Notes: a model not told the origin generated them from the sequence alone. Numbered from the stretch's first letter, positions 54,975 through 64,000 are shown. The stretch is 64,000 bases of DNA from Eubacteriales bacterium (GCA_045602325.1 JAZSBH010000039.1:18918-82917); one strand, 5' to 3'. Numbers and translations are program-made.

Positions 54975-56981
54975 TCAATATGCCTCGATCTCACCCATGG
55001 ACTCATACCCCGTATAAGTCGCGGGATCGATCACACCATCCGTGACCGTCGCAGTGGTAGAGCCTCCTCCTACAATGGAATAGGTTTCCCCCGCTGCAAG
55101 CTCGGACGAGCTGAACACGATGGAGGCGATGGATTTGGGTAGCTCGAAGGCCGCCAACACCTTGCCTTCTGCATCTACAATGCCGATTGTTTCCCCTGCG
55201 GGAAGCCCGTTTCGCCAGTAAGCTGCCAGCACCGCCTGCCCTGCATTTTGGGCTGACTCGGCCATGCCGCTGCTGCCCACCGCCAGGAAGGTACCGCCCG
55301 AGATGGTCATGCCATAACTTCCGTCACCAAAGTCGATAGGGCCATTGCCGTTATCGGTGGGGCCATAGACGATGACCGTACCACCTGTCATGACGATATT
55401 GCCATTGGAGTCGATACCGTCACCCGCCGCGTCAAAGACCGTATAGCCGCCTGCGAAGGTGAGCACGGGTATATCCTCGGAGGACGAAGAGTTACTACTG
55501 CTGTTGGAGCTGCCACCCCACCGGCCTCCGCCCATACCGCCGGGTCTGCCGCTGGGGCCTCCCATCATGCCGCTGCCCATGCCATTGGTTGCGTTGGCGC
55601 CGTCATCGGAAGCCGTGATGCGGTTGGTGCCGCCCAGAATGTTGATGTGCAGGGCTTCCAGGCCCTCAAAGCTCTGGGCTACCGTGAGCACACCGCCGCT
55701 AACGGTTAGTTCTTTCTCTGCGTGGATGCCGTCGTCCGCCGCGCGGATGTGGATTGAGCCGTTTGTGATCTGCACGTCGCCGTCGCTGTGAATACCGTCA
55801 TCCTGCGCGACGATGGTGAGCTTGCCGCCGCTGACCGTGAGCGTCCTTGCGGCCTTGAGTCCCTTGGCGCTGATGGAGGCCTTGTCAGCAGGGCTTTCAT
55901 CCATCATTCCGCCGGAACCACCCGGTCTGCCGCCCGAGCCACCGCCCGGGCCGCCCATGCCGCCGAATCCACCACCGGAGGAGCTTGTGGGGTTGCCGCT
56001 CGATTCCTCCAAAACCACTCCGTCGGTATCGGTGGTGGTGAGCACCATGTTTCCGCCGCTGACTGTCAGATCCGTTGCGGCAGACAGACCGTCCCCCTTG
56101 GCGGTTACGAACAGGGAACCACCCTCAACGGTGAGATATCCCTTGCCCTCGGTCTCGGTGTTGGCGGTCTTAACGCCGTCTCCGCCGGCGTTGATGCTCA
56201 CGGTGCCACCGCTCATCTCCAGAGAATCGTTGGCGCGTATACCCACACCGACTGACGTGATGACCAGCGTACCACCCTTGATCTTCAAATCGTCCTTGGT
56301 ATTGATACCCTTGTCGGCGTTGCCCGTGACGTGGAGTGCACCGGTTCCTTCAAAATCAATGTCATCGCAGGAGTAAATGCAGGCGTTGGGGTAAACCTCG
56401 CCCTCTGCCTGTTCCTCGTCGGGAACCACGTAGTCGGTACCGTCCGACAGGATGTTCACAGATCCCTCGGTCGTGCGGAGCACCGTCTTTTTGGTGGCTG
56501 ACTTGATATACACAGCCGGTCCCGTGGCACAAGACACCGACACGCCGTTGAGTAGCAGGGTAATTTTGCTTTCATCCGCCGTGTCCACCACGATCTGACC
56601 GCCATTCAGCGTGCCGCTGATGAGGTATGTCCCCGCATTGGTTACCGTAACCACGGAACCGTCCGCGATGGCACCGTTGCCGTTCACGATGATGGTTTCC
56701 CCCAGGGTGATCACAGTTTCGGTTGTGGAAACGTAGGTGCCCACGGTAGGGGTGTCTGCCGAAACAACTTCGGGGGCGGTTTCGGGTTCTGCGGTCACAG
56801 CCGCATTTCCCGTGGTTGGTTCTGCGACGGCACCGTTGACGATCACGGTGGAGGGAGCGGTATTCTGATTTTCTGCAGATGATCCGCCTTTGCCGGCATT
56901 GCTGTTTTTGCATGCGGTCAACGGTGATGTCAATACAAGAATGAGTGCAAGAAAAGCGGTAGCTCGGCGTATGTTTCGCAT
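54975..56981 (-). CDS. carbohydrate-binding beta-helix lipoprotein (Cthe_2159-like family)
   Basis: 668 aa from the ATG at 56981 (AAAGGAAA SD). Lipobox LTAC. Repeated GG(T/S)(L/V)x(I/V) beta-helix rungs (GGTLVITS, GGTVSINA, GGSLFVTA, GGNMVLTT, GGKLTIVA, GGVLTVAQ). Two Gly/Ser-rich low-complexity linkers. Confidence 0.65.
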   Translation of the reverse strand: MRNIRRATAFLALILVLTSPLTACKNSNAGKGGSSAENQNTAPSTVIVNGAVAEPTTGNAAVTAEPETAPEVVSADTPTVGTYVSTTETVITLGETIIVNGNGAIADGSVVTVTNAGTYLISGTLNGGQIVVDTADESKITLLLNGVSVSCATGPAVYIKSATKKTVLRTTEGSVNILSDGTDYVVPDEEQAEGEVYPNACIYSCDDIDFEGTGALHVTGNADKGINTKDDLKIKGGTLVITSVGVGIRANDSLEMSGGTVSINAGGDGVKTANTETEGKGYLTVEGGSLFVTAKGDGLSAATDLTVSGGNMVLTTTDTDGVVLEESSGNPTSSSGGGFGGMGGPGGGSGGRPGGSGGMMDESPADKASISAKGLKAARTLTVSGGKLTIVAQDDGIHSDGDVQITNGSIHIRAADDGIHAEKELTVSGGVLTVAQSFEGLEALHINILGGTNRITASDDGANATNGMGSGMMGGPSGRPGGMGGGRWGGSSNSSSNSSSSEDIPVLTFAGGYTVFDAAGDGIDSNGNIVMTGGTVIVYGPTDNGNGPIDFGDGSYGMTISGGTFLAVGSSGMAESAQNAGQAVLAAYWRNGLPAGETIGIVDAEGKVLAAFELPKSIASIVFSSSELAAGETYSIVGGGSTTATVTDGVIDPATYTGYESMGEIEAY

Positions 56982-57130
56982 AAAAGTATTTCCTTTGCTC
57001 AAATCTGTTCTACCTATAGTATACCGCTTAACTGTGTTAACAAAAAGAAAGCGATTTTGAAAATATTTGAAAATTTTGTGAAGTTTGCAAGAACGTAGAT
57101 CCAAACGGTTTTGCTTTGAAAGGATTCTAT

Positions 57131-58393
57131 ATGAAACTGACCCTCGTAGCCACCTGTATGTTCGGTCTGGAAAAGCTCCTTGGTGAGGAGATCGACGCCC
57201 TGGGTCTCAAACGCCTGGATACCATGGACGGGCGCGTCACCTTTGAGGGCGAGGAGGCCGATATCCCCCGCGTCAATATCGCCCTGCGCTGTGCCGAGCG
57301 CGTATTTATCCGGCTTGGCCTGTTTCCGGCTCGCAGTTTTACCGAACTGTTTGACGGAACCAAAGCACTCCCCTGGGAGGAGTGGATCGGACGTGCCGAT
57401 GCTTTCCCGGTTAAGGGACACGCCATCAAAAGTACCCTGACCTCCATCCCCGACTGCCAGAGCATCATCAAAAAGGCGGTTGTTGAGCGGTTGCATGACA
57501 AGTATGGCATCTCCTGGTTCGAGGAAACGGGGGTCAAATACCAGATCGAATTCTTCATTTTCAAGGATATGGCCCACCTCATGATCGATACCTCGGGGGT
57601 TGCCCTCCATAAGCGGGGCTACCGTCCCGAGGCAGGCGCCGCACCTTTGCGCGAGACCCTGGCCGCCGCCCTGGCGCTTACTGCCCGTCCACGCGAGGAT
57701 ATCCTTTTCTGGGACCCCTTCTGCGGCTCGGGTACCATTGCTATTGAAGCGGCTATGATCGTCAGCGGACGTGCCCCCGGATGGGGACGCTCCTTTGCAG
57801 GAGAGGCTTTTGCCAATATCCCGAAGACTCTGTGGGACACCGCCCGCGAGGAAGCGCAGGCAAAAATCCGCACCGACTGCAAATTTGAGGTTTATGCCTC
57901 GGATATAGATGAGGATATTCTCGACATCACATACGAAAACGCTCTACGTGCAGGGGTAGAAGAGTACCTCAACATCTTCCAAGCTGATGCCCGTAAAATT
58001 AAAAAGGAAGACAGAAAGGGAACCGTTGTCTGCAATCCACCCTACGGCGAGCGCATGGGCGAGCGGGAGGAGATCGAGCGGCTCTACCAACAGCTCGGAG
58101 GCTCCTTCAAAGCCCTCTATCCATGGCAGATCTACATTCTGACCTCTTGCGACCGCTTCGACCGTCTGTACGGTCAGCGTGCCGATAAGGTGAAAAAACT
58201 CTATAACGGTATGCTCCCGTGCTACCTGTACGAGTATTTCAAGCCTGCGGAAGCCCGCGCGGAAGGAGGGCGTACCGCCAAAGAGATCTTTGACCGTAAG
58301 GCAGACCGCCACCCGGATTTCCGCGACGGAGGCCGCAGACACAACGGAGGCTCCGGGAAACCGTCGTATCCGCCGAAAAAGAAGCCGTTTTAA
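57131..58393 (+). CDS. THUMP-domain class I SAM-dependent RNA methyltransferase (RlmL/YpsC-like)
   Basis: 420 aa from the ATG at 57131 (GAAAGGA SD). N-terminal THUMP-like region. DPFCGSGT SAM motif. Catalytic NPPYGER. Basic C-terminal tail. Confidence 0.8.
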   Translation: MKLTLVATCMFGLEKLLGEEIDALGLKRLDTMDGRVTFEGEEADIPRVNIALRCAERVFIRLGLFPARSFTELFDGTKALPWEEWIGRADAFPVKGHAIKSTLTSIPDCQSIIKKAVVERLHDKYGISWFEETGVKYQIEFFIFKDMAHLMIDTSGVALHKRGYRPEAGAAPLRETLAAALALTARPREDILFWDPFCGSGTIAIEAAMIVSGRAPGWGRSFAGEAFANIPKTLWDTAREEAQAKIRTDCKFEVYASDIDEDILDITYENALRAGVEEYLNIFQADARKIKKEDRKGTVVCNPPYGERMGEREEIERLYQQLGGSFKALYPWQIYILTSCDRFDRLYGQRADKVKKLYNGMLPCYLYEYFKPAEARAEGGRTAKEIFDRKADRHPDFRDGGRRHNGGSGKPSYPPKKKPF

Positions 58394-58436
58394 TTGTATC
58401 CGACCCGATACGGACAAATTGCACATCATGTAAAAG

Positions 58437-58457
58437 CTATACCACAAAATCACCAAT
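58437..58457. repeat. left arm of a perfect 21-bp inverted repeat
   Basis: CTATACCACAAAATCACCAAT is the exact reverse complement of 58560-58580. Confidence 0.95.
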
Positions 58458-58552
58458 CGTCTTGTTTGGGACATTTGCCCCCGCATTTCGGGGGAAATAA
58501 GAAGAAATTGTAAATAATGACACCTTTCTTGCCCAAAATCACAAAAAGACTG

Positions 58553-58581
58553 TTGACAAATTGGTGATTTTGTGGTATAGT
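58553..58581 (+). promoter_or_regulatory. sigma-A type promoter for rsmE
   Basis: TTGACA (58553-58558), 17 nt, TGgTATAGT ending at 58581. The spacer and most of the -10 lie inside the right repeat arm. Confidence 0.6.
58560..58580. repeat. right arm of the perfect 21-bp inverted repeat
   Basis: ATTGGTGATTTTGTGGTATAG, 102 nt from the left arm. Confidence 0.95.
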
Positions 58582-58727
58582 ATTTTCATAAAGTTGACCA
58601 AATCGTTTGTGAATTGTCACTATGGCTGAAAAACGATGGTCAAATTGACCGAAACTTCCCGATCTTGCACGCCCCGCGCCTGTCAAGTCGGGTTTTCTGT
58701 CCATAAAAAAGGGGAAGGAGTGGTAGC

Positions 58728-59489
58728 ATGCCGCGTTTCTTTATTGATCCGTCTGCTGTCAGCGGCGACAGGATTATTTTGACGGGAGAAAACGCCCACC
58801 ACGCCGCCTACTCCCTGCGGTTAGCGCCGGGAGACAGGATCAAGGTCTGCGACCAGCAGACCGCCTATCTCTGCGAGATGGTCTCCTTTGACAGTGAGAC
58901 CGCCACGGCCCGAGTCCTTTCATCTGGTCCGATTGATACGGAGCCTCCTTTCGTAGCCCGCCTTTACCAGGCGCTCCCCAAGGGAGATAAGCTGGATACG
59001 ATCATCCAGAAGGCTGTGGAGTGCGGTGTGACCGAGGTGATCCCCTTTGAGAGCAGTCGTTGTATCGTACGTGCCAAGCCTGAAGCCGAAGTCCGCAAGA
59101 CTGAGCGCAGATGCCGCATCGCCGAGGAAGCCGCCAAACAGTGCGGACGCGGGATCATACCCACAGTGAGGCCCACCGTTTCCTATGCCGACGCGTTGCA
59201 GGCTGCGGCTGACGCGGATCTGGTTTTGTTCTGCTATGAGGGAAGTGAGGTAACGCCTCTCCCTGCTGTGATTGAGCAAGCGCACTCCAAGCTGGATGCT
59301 GCCGAGCAAAGCGGCCGCAAACCCCAGATCGCCATTTTCGTCGGCAGTGAAGGGGGCTTTTCCCCCGATGAAGTCGATGCTGCCCGTTCCCGTGATTTCG
59401 TGCTGACGGGATTGGGTAAGCGAATTCTTCGCACCGAGACCGCTTCAGGGTTTGTCTTGAGTTGTCTTATTTATGCCCTTGAACTTTGA
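58728..59489 (+). CDS. rsmE: 16S rRNA (uracil1498-N3)-methyltransferase
   Basis: 253 aa. GGGGAAGGAG SD. MPRFFI N-terminus, PUA-like domain. KGDKLDTIIQKAVECGV and ILRTETA motifs. Confidence 0.9.
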   Translation: MPRFFIDPSAVSGDRIILTGENAHHAAYSLRLAPGDRIKVCDQQTAYLCEMVSFDSETATARVLSSGPIDTEPPFVARLYQALPKGDKLDTIIQKAVECGVTEVIPFESSRCIVRAKPEAEVRKTERRCRIAEEAAKQCGRGIIPTVRPTVSYADALQAAADADLVLFCYEGSEVTPLPAVIEQAHSKLDAAEQSGRKPQIAIFVGSEGGFSPDEVDAARSRDFVLTGLGKRILRTETASGFVLSCLIYALEL

Positions 59490-59581
59490 TTCCCATAGCC
59501 CATCTCCCTTCGTACCCGATTCCGCGCGGCGGATGATTATACATTTTTAATTTGTGAAATAACAAAGAGAGGTAAAAGTCT

Positions 59582-60667
59582 ATGTCTAACAGACTGTTCC
59601 AGAGCGTGATCCATCAAATGAAGGACGCGGTTGATCGCACCATCGGTGTCATCGATGAGACCGGCGTCATCATCGCCTGCTCCGAGCTCGTCAAGATCGG
59701 CGAGGTGCGTCAGAGCATCCGTGACGAATTGGCGTACACCACCGATATTGTGGTGTCGGGTGGTTACACCTACCGTCCTCTGTCCGGCGGTGCCAAGCGT
59801 GAGTACGTCGTGTTTGTGGAGGGCGAGGATGCCGAGGCCGATAAGACCTCCCGTCTTCTGTGCGTTGCCCTTGGCAACATCAAGAACCTGTACGACGAAA
59901 AGTATGACAAGGGTTCCTTTATCAAGAACATCATTCTTGATAACATTCTGCCCTCCGATATTTACATCAAGTCCAAGGAGCTTCATTTCAACGCCGAGGA
60001 ATCCCGCGTGGTGTTCCTGGTGAAGTTCTCGGGTAAGACCGATATGATGCCCTTTGAGATGCTCCAGAATATGTTCCCCGACAAGGCACGCGATTACGTC
60101 ATCAGCGTGGGTGAGCATGATATCGTTCTGGTTAAGGAAGTCAAGGCCGGTGCAGAGAACCGCGATATGGAAAAGGTTGCCACCAATATTGTGGACACTA
60201 TGTCCTCTGAGTTCTATACCAAGGTCTCGGTCGGTGTGTCCACCATCGTGGATAACATCAAGGATCTGGCCAGAGCCTATAAGGAAGCCCAGATCGCCCT
60301 GGACGTCGGCAAGGTCTTTGAGAATGAAAAGAGCGTTGTCAGCTATGAGAACCTCGGCATTGGCCGTCTGATCTACCAGCTTCCCACCACCCTCTGCGAG
60401 ATGTTCCTCCAGGAGGTCTTCAAGAAGGGTAGCCTGGAGTCCCTCGACCGCGAGACTCTCATGACCATCCAGTGCTTCTTTGAGAACAACCTCAACGTTT
60501 CCGAGACCTCTCGTAAGCTCTTCGTCCACCGCAACACCCTGGTGTACCGCCTGGAAAAGATCCGCAAGCTGACTGGTCTGGATCTCCGCGAGTTTGAGCA
60601 CGCCATTACCTTCAAGGTGGCGCTGATGGTCAAGAAGTACCTCAGCTCCAAGCCCGGTAAGTTCTGA
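59582..60667 (+). CDS. PucR/CdaR-family transcriptional regulator
   Basis: 361 aa. AGAGAGG SD. C-terminal PucR HTH (NVSETSRKLFVHRNTLVYRLEKIRKLTG). Confidence 0.8.
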   Translation: MSNRLFQSVIHQMKDAVDRTIGVIDETGVIIACSELVKIGEVRQSIRDELAYTTDIVVSGGYTYRPLSGGAKREYVVFVEGEDAEADKTSRLLCVALGNIKNLYDEKYDKGSFIKNIILDNILPSDIYIKSKELHFNAEESRVVFLVKFSGKTDMMPFEMLQNMFPDKARDYVISVGEHDIVLVKEVKAGAENRDMEKVATNIVDTMSSEFYTKVSVGVSTIVDNIKDLARAYKEAQIALDVGKVFENEKSVVSYENLGIGRLIYQLPTTLCEMFLQEVFKKGSLESLDRETLMTIQCFFENNLNVSETSRKLFVHRNTLVYRLEKIRKLTGLDLREFEHAITFKVALMVKKYLSSKPGKF

Positions 60668-60786
60668 TTCCGTACCCGGCACTCGACGGCACAGGCACCG
60701 TCTGTGTATAATTCATGGGCGGTTGGACATACAATATGGACATACCTGTCAACAAACGATGTGCAAATGAGGACTATAAACCAAGA

Positions 60787-62478
60787 ATGAAACAAGTTAC
60801 CTATCAAATTAAGGGCATGGTCATTGAGACCATGCTCCCCGCCATTACGGCATCCTGTGAAAGTCTGACCGGCGTCCGCAACGTTCGCGTACACGTGATC
60901 GACACGGACTCTGCCCGGTTGATTCTGACCCTTAGTGATGAAAACCGGGATGCGCTGGAGCAGGATCTTTCCCGCATCATGACGGCCAAGGGACTGGAGC
61001 TTTGTCTCCCTGCCCTCGCAGTGGATGATGTGCCCAAGGAGACGCCCCACCCCGGCGTATCTGGCATGGATACCCCCGGTACGGAAAACACTCCCCAACA
61101 GAATGCCGCTCATTACGTGACGGCACCGCCCCCGAAGGAAGGGAAAAAGATCAGCCTGACTGCCGCTGTTTCCACGGTCATTACCGCTGTGATTTTGGCT
61201 GTCCTGCTGACCTTCTCGCTGACCACCGCCTATATGAAGAACGACATTCCCAACGTCGTGCAGCCCGGACAGGGGAGCGAAGAGGAGGATGCGTTCGCAG
61301 AACTGGACGTGATCGACAGACTCTTCCGTTCCGCCACCATGATGGAGGAATTGGATGAGGACGCCATCATCGCCTCTGTGCTCAAGGGCTACGTGGCCGC
61401 CACGGGCGATCTGTACGCCGAGTACTTTACCGCCGAGGAATTCAAGGAGCAAACCAGTACCCAAAACGGCGAGATGTGCGGTATTGGTGTCAGCGTTGTT
61501 AACGCAACCATTACGATCAGCGGGATCCCGTATCAAGTGATCACGGTGGCCAACGTCTATCCCGATTCCCCTGCAGAAGCGGCAGGCGTTCTGCCCGGCG
61601 ATCACATCATGTTCGTCGGAAAGGGCGACGATAAGACTCTGGTTCAGGATATCGGCTATACCGAAGCCCTCAACCGTATGAAGGGCGAGGAGGGAAGCGA
61701 GTGTGCTTTCTCGGTCTACCGCCGGCCCCAGGGCTCGGATGATACCGTGCAGTATGAGGAAGTGGAGATCACGGCCATTCGGCAAAAGCTGACCACCCGC
61801 TCGGTCATCGGCCGTGTTCATGCCGAGGATTCCACCGTGGGTGTCATCAAAATGATCAGCTTTGACAATACAACGCTGGATCAGTTTACAGAAGCCGTTG
61901 AGGCCTTGAAAGCGGAGGGCTGTCAGTATTTCGTGTTCGATCTGCGAAATAATCCCGGCGGACTTCTGACCTCGGTAGAGGACGTGTTGATCCTCTTTTT
62001 GCAGGAGGGTGACACGGTGATCTCCACCAAGGATTCCTCCGGACGTGAGTCTGTGACCAAGATCGGTGTCAACGCCGAGGGCGTGGTCACCTGCGGATCG
62101 GGCAGTCTGAAAAAAGAGGATATCGGCAAATACAGAGATCTGAATTTTTCTGTGCTGGTCAATGAATATTCCGCGTCCGCTGCCGAACTTTTCACCGCGA
62201 ATATCCGTGACTATGAGCTCGGCAAGATCGTCGGAGTAAAGACCTACGGAAAAGGTTCCATGCAGACCACCTTCTCCCTCTCCCGTTACGGCTATGACGG
62301 CGCTCTGAAGCTGACCACTGCCCACTATTTCCCGCCCTGCGGGGAAGGCTACGACGGGATCGGCATCACTCCCCACGTGGTGGTAGAGCTTTCTGAGGAA
62401 GCCCTCAAGTACAACATCAACCTGCTTCCCGACGGCCTGGACAACCAGCTTGCGGAAGCCATCAAGACTATGAAATAA
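60787..62478 (+). CDS. S41 C-terminal processing peptidase with N-terminal HMA-like domain and one TM helix
   Basis: Catalytic region FDLRNNPGGLL, NEYSASAAE and TYGKGSMQ, with a PDZ segment. Start is uncertain: ATG at 60787 (distant GAGGA SD), 60736 or 60715. Confidence 0.85.
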   Translation: MKQVTYQIKGMVIETMLPAITASCESLTGVRNVRVHVIDTDSARLILTLSDENRDALEQDLSRIMTAKGLELCLPALAVDDVPKETPHPGVSGMDTPGTENTPQQNAAHYVTAPPPKEGKKISLTAAVSTVITAVILAVLLTFSLTTAYMKNDIPNVVQPGQGSEEEDAFAELDVIDRLFRSATMMEELDEDAIIASVLKGYVAATGDLYAEYFTAEEFKEQTSTQNGEMCGIGVSVVNATITISGIPYQVITVANVYPDSPAEAAGVLPGDHIMFVGKGDDKTLVQDIGYTEALNRMKGEEGSECAFSVYRRPQGSDDTVQYEEVEITAIRQKLTTRSVIGRVHAEDSTVGVIKMISFDNTTLDQFTEAVEALKAEGCQYFVFDLRNNPGGLLTSVEDVLILFLQEGDTVISTKDSSGRESVTKIGVNAEGVVTCGSGSLKKEDIGKYRDLNFSVLVNEYSASAAELFTANIRDYELGKIVGVKTYGKGSMQTTFSLSRYGYDGALKLTTAHYFPPCGEGYDGIGITPHVVVELSEEALKYNINLLPDGLDNQLAEAIKTMK

Positions 62479-62598
62479 CCCCCATGGGGATCCCATCGGA
62501 GCGGGCTCAACCCCGCTCCGTAGGGTTGCACGCCCACAAGGGTGGTTTTCGGGAGCATCCCGAATCGAATATTTTTTGCACATAAGGAGACCAGAACA

Positions 62599-63087
62599 AT
62601 GGCAGAGAACATGAAGCAGAAGTATACAAAGCAGGGTTATCAGGATCTTGTTGACGAACTGAAATATCTGAAACTGACCCGACGCGAAGAGATCAAGGAG
62701 CAGATCGCCGTTGCCCGCGGCTTCGGTGACCTTTCCGAGAACGCCGAGTACGACGAGGCCAGAAACGAGCAGGCTAAGGTAGAAGCCCGCATTCAGGAGC
62801 TGGAGGCCCTCATTGAGAATGCCGAGATCATCGACGAGAGCACCATGGACGTACGCTCCATCAGCTTGGGCTCGGTGGTCAAGCTCTACGACGAGGACTA
62901 CGACGAGGAGATCACCTACAGCATCGTAGGCTCCAACCAGGCAGATCCTCTGGAGCAGAAGATCTCCGACCAGTCCCCCATCGGCCGTGCCCTCATGGGT
63001 AAGAAGGCCGGTGACCGCGTCACCGTTACCGCTCCTGCAGGTGAGCTTCACTTCGAGGTGAAGGAAGTTACCCGCGCAGGTCATTAA
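62599..63087 (+). CDS. greA: transcription elongation factor GreA
   Basis: 162 aa from the ATG at 62599 (AAGGAG SD 9 nt upstream). GDLSENAEYDEA coiled-coil tip. C-terminal SPIGRALMGKKAGD. Confidence 0.95.
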   Translation: MAENMKQKYTKQGYQDLVDELKYLKLTRREEIKEQIAVARGFGDLSENAEYDEARNEQAKVEARIQELEALIENAEIIDESTMDVRSISLGSVVKLYDEDYDEEITYSIVGSNQADPLEQKISDQSPIGRALMGKKAGDRVTVTAPAGELHFEVKEVTRAGH

Positions 63088-63220
63088 TCAAACATCTCAC
63101 CACGAGGGGGAAGGAACATGGACGTCCTTGCAATCGGCTGCTGTCAGCGAGCCGCGGCGGCCACGGTGGCCTTCCCCTTGCGCTTTTTATGCGACTGAAC
63201 TTGCCGTGAAAGGAAATACT

Positions 63221-64000
63221 ATGTCCCGGTATCAAAACAACGATCATGAAGATCAAACTCTGAATCAAGAAAACGATAAGCTGGAAGCCGGCGATATTAC
63301 CGCCGCCAGTCCGGCCCTCCGTTGGCTGGACAATTTCTGGTATCACTATAAATGGACGGTCATCGTGGTGGCCTTTTTCGTGTCGGTGGCCATCGTGTGC
63401 ATCGTACAGTTTGCAAGCCGCCCCAGCTACGACACTTCCATGGTCTTTGGCTCTCCCTACCGTATGAACAACGAGGAACGGGCGGATTTTGAAGATCTGA
63501 TTGCCCGCATCTGCCCCGAGGACTTCAACGGAGACGGTGAAAAGCTGGTCAATCTGGTTGTCTACCAGGTCTACTCCGAGCAAGAGTACGAATCCGAAGC
63601 CGAGGCCTACGCCGCTGTGACCAACGAGGATGGCGAAACCGATGCGTTTCAGATCAACCGCCAGTATAATACGGATGAATATAAGAATTTCTCCCAGTAT
63701 ACCATGACGGGGGAGACCTCTGTGTACATCTTGAGTCCCTATATGTACGCGTCCTTGATGGAATCAAACCGCCTCAAGCCCCTCTCCGAGGTCTATACAG
63801 ATGGAAATCTCCCCGAGGGAGCTATGGCCGACGGCTATGGCATCGCTCTCAAGGATACTGATTTCTACAAGTATAATCCCGCCGCTCAGGTCATTCCCGA
63901 CAACGCCATCATTTGTCTTCACCGCCCCACCTTGGCCGGGAGAAGCAAGGATGCTGATTTGTATGCCGAGGACGTGGCGTTCTTCAAGGCCATCGTGGAT
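63221..64000 (+). CDS. hypothetical single-pass membrane protein, N-terminal 260 codons (runs off the right edge)
   Basis: ATG at 63221, 5 nt after GAAAGGAAA. No stop to the window end. One TM helix (WTVIVVAFFVSVAIVCIV). Absent from the ORF track because the frame is open-ended. Confidence 0.65.
   Translation, partial: MSRYQNNDHEDQTLNQENDKLEAGDITAASPALRWLDNFWYHYKWTVIVVAFFVSVAIVCIVQFASRPSYDTSMVFGSPYRMNNEERADFEDLIARICPEDFNGDGEKLVNLVVYQVYSEQEYESEAEAYAAVTNEDGETDAFQINRQYNTDEYKNFSQYTMTGETSVYILSPYMYASLMESNRLKPLSEVYTDGNLPEGAMADGYGIALKDTDFYKYNPAAQVIPDNAIICLHRPTLAGRSKDADLYAEDVAFFKAIVD

Noticed and set aside
58450-58704. 84-aa minus-strand ORF in the rsmE upstream region
   Set aside because: It has no SD, is AT-rich and non-coding-like in composition, and covers the promoter and hairpins, which better explain the region.
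60373-63084. 903-aa minus-strand ORF spanning the PucR 3' end, the S41 peptidase gene and greA
   Set aside because: The plus-strand genes are unambiguous (S41 catalytic motifs, full-length GreA). The minus frame is a codon-bias shadow that happens to stay open across the 120-bp intergenic gap.

Overview
This is a chromosomal segment from a moderately GC-rich Firmicute. Gene content looks Clostridia/Oscillospiraceae-like, but that taxonomic call is inference. I support 57 protein-coding genes and see no rRNA, tRNA or CRISPR. Strong G/C third-position bias produces very long stop-free antisense frames, which I rejected as genes. Most of the window is housekeeping. It includes purine/nucleoside salvage (xpt plus a BMP-type ABC importer) and translation and ribosome-biogenesis genes: rimI, glyQS, obg, der, mnmM, rlmB, rsmE, an RlmA-like and a THUMP methyltransferase, and greA. 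An htrA-like protease with a two-component system, an ECF sigma/anti-sigma pair and several carbohydrate-related genes are also present. Many promoters fit TTGACA/TTGCAA, a 16-17 nt spacer, then a TRTG-type extended -10. Five regions stand out. (1) 48705-54417 holds a 1025-aa membrane protein with an 11-unit acidic tandem repeat and what looks like a P-type ATPase scaffold lacking all catalytic motifs; its stop overlaps (ATGA) the first ATG of a TIGR03960/TIGR03936-type radical SAM pair. (2) 31781-37582 holds two tandem ~950-970-aa paralogous surface proteins with a non-LPXTG C-terminal G-C-x-S + TM + basic-tail signal. (3) 27173-27755 holds a DUF559-like mini-gene inserted between der and obg, bracketed by ~70-bp three-hairpin inverted repeats that show a compensatory change. 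(4) 58394-58727 is an intergenic region where a perfect 21-bp inverted repeat duplicates the rsmE promoter core. (5) 1-3198 is an ABC exporter/DUF1854-like module with a zinc-ribbon N-terminal extension. All family assignments come from motifs read by eye and from memory of the families; no searches were run.
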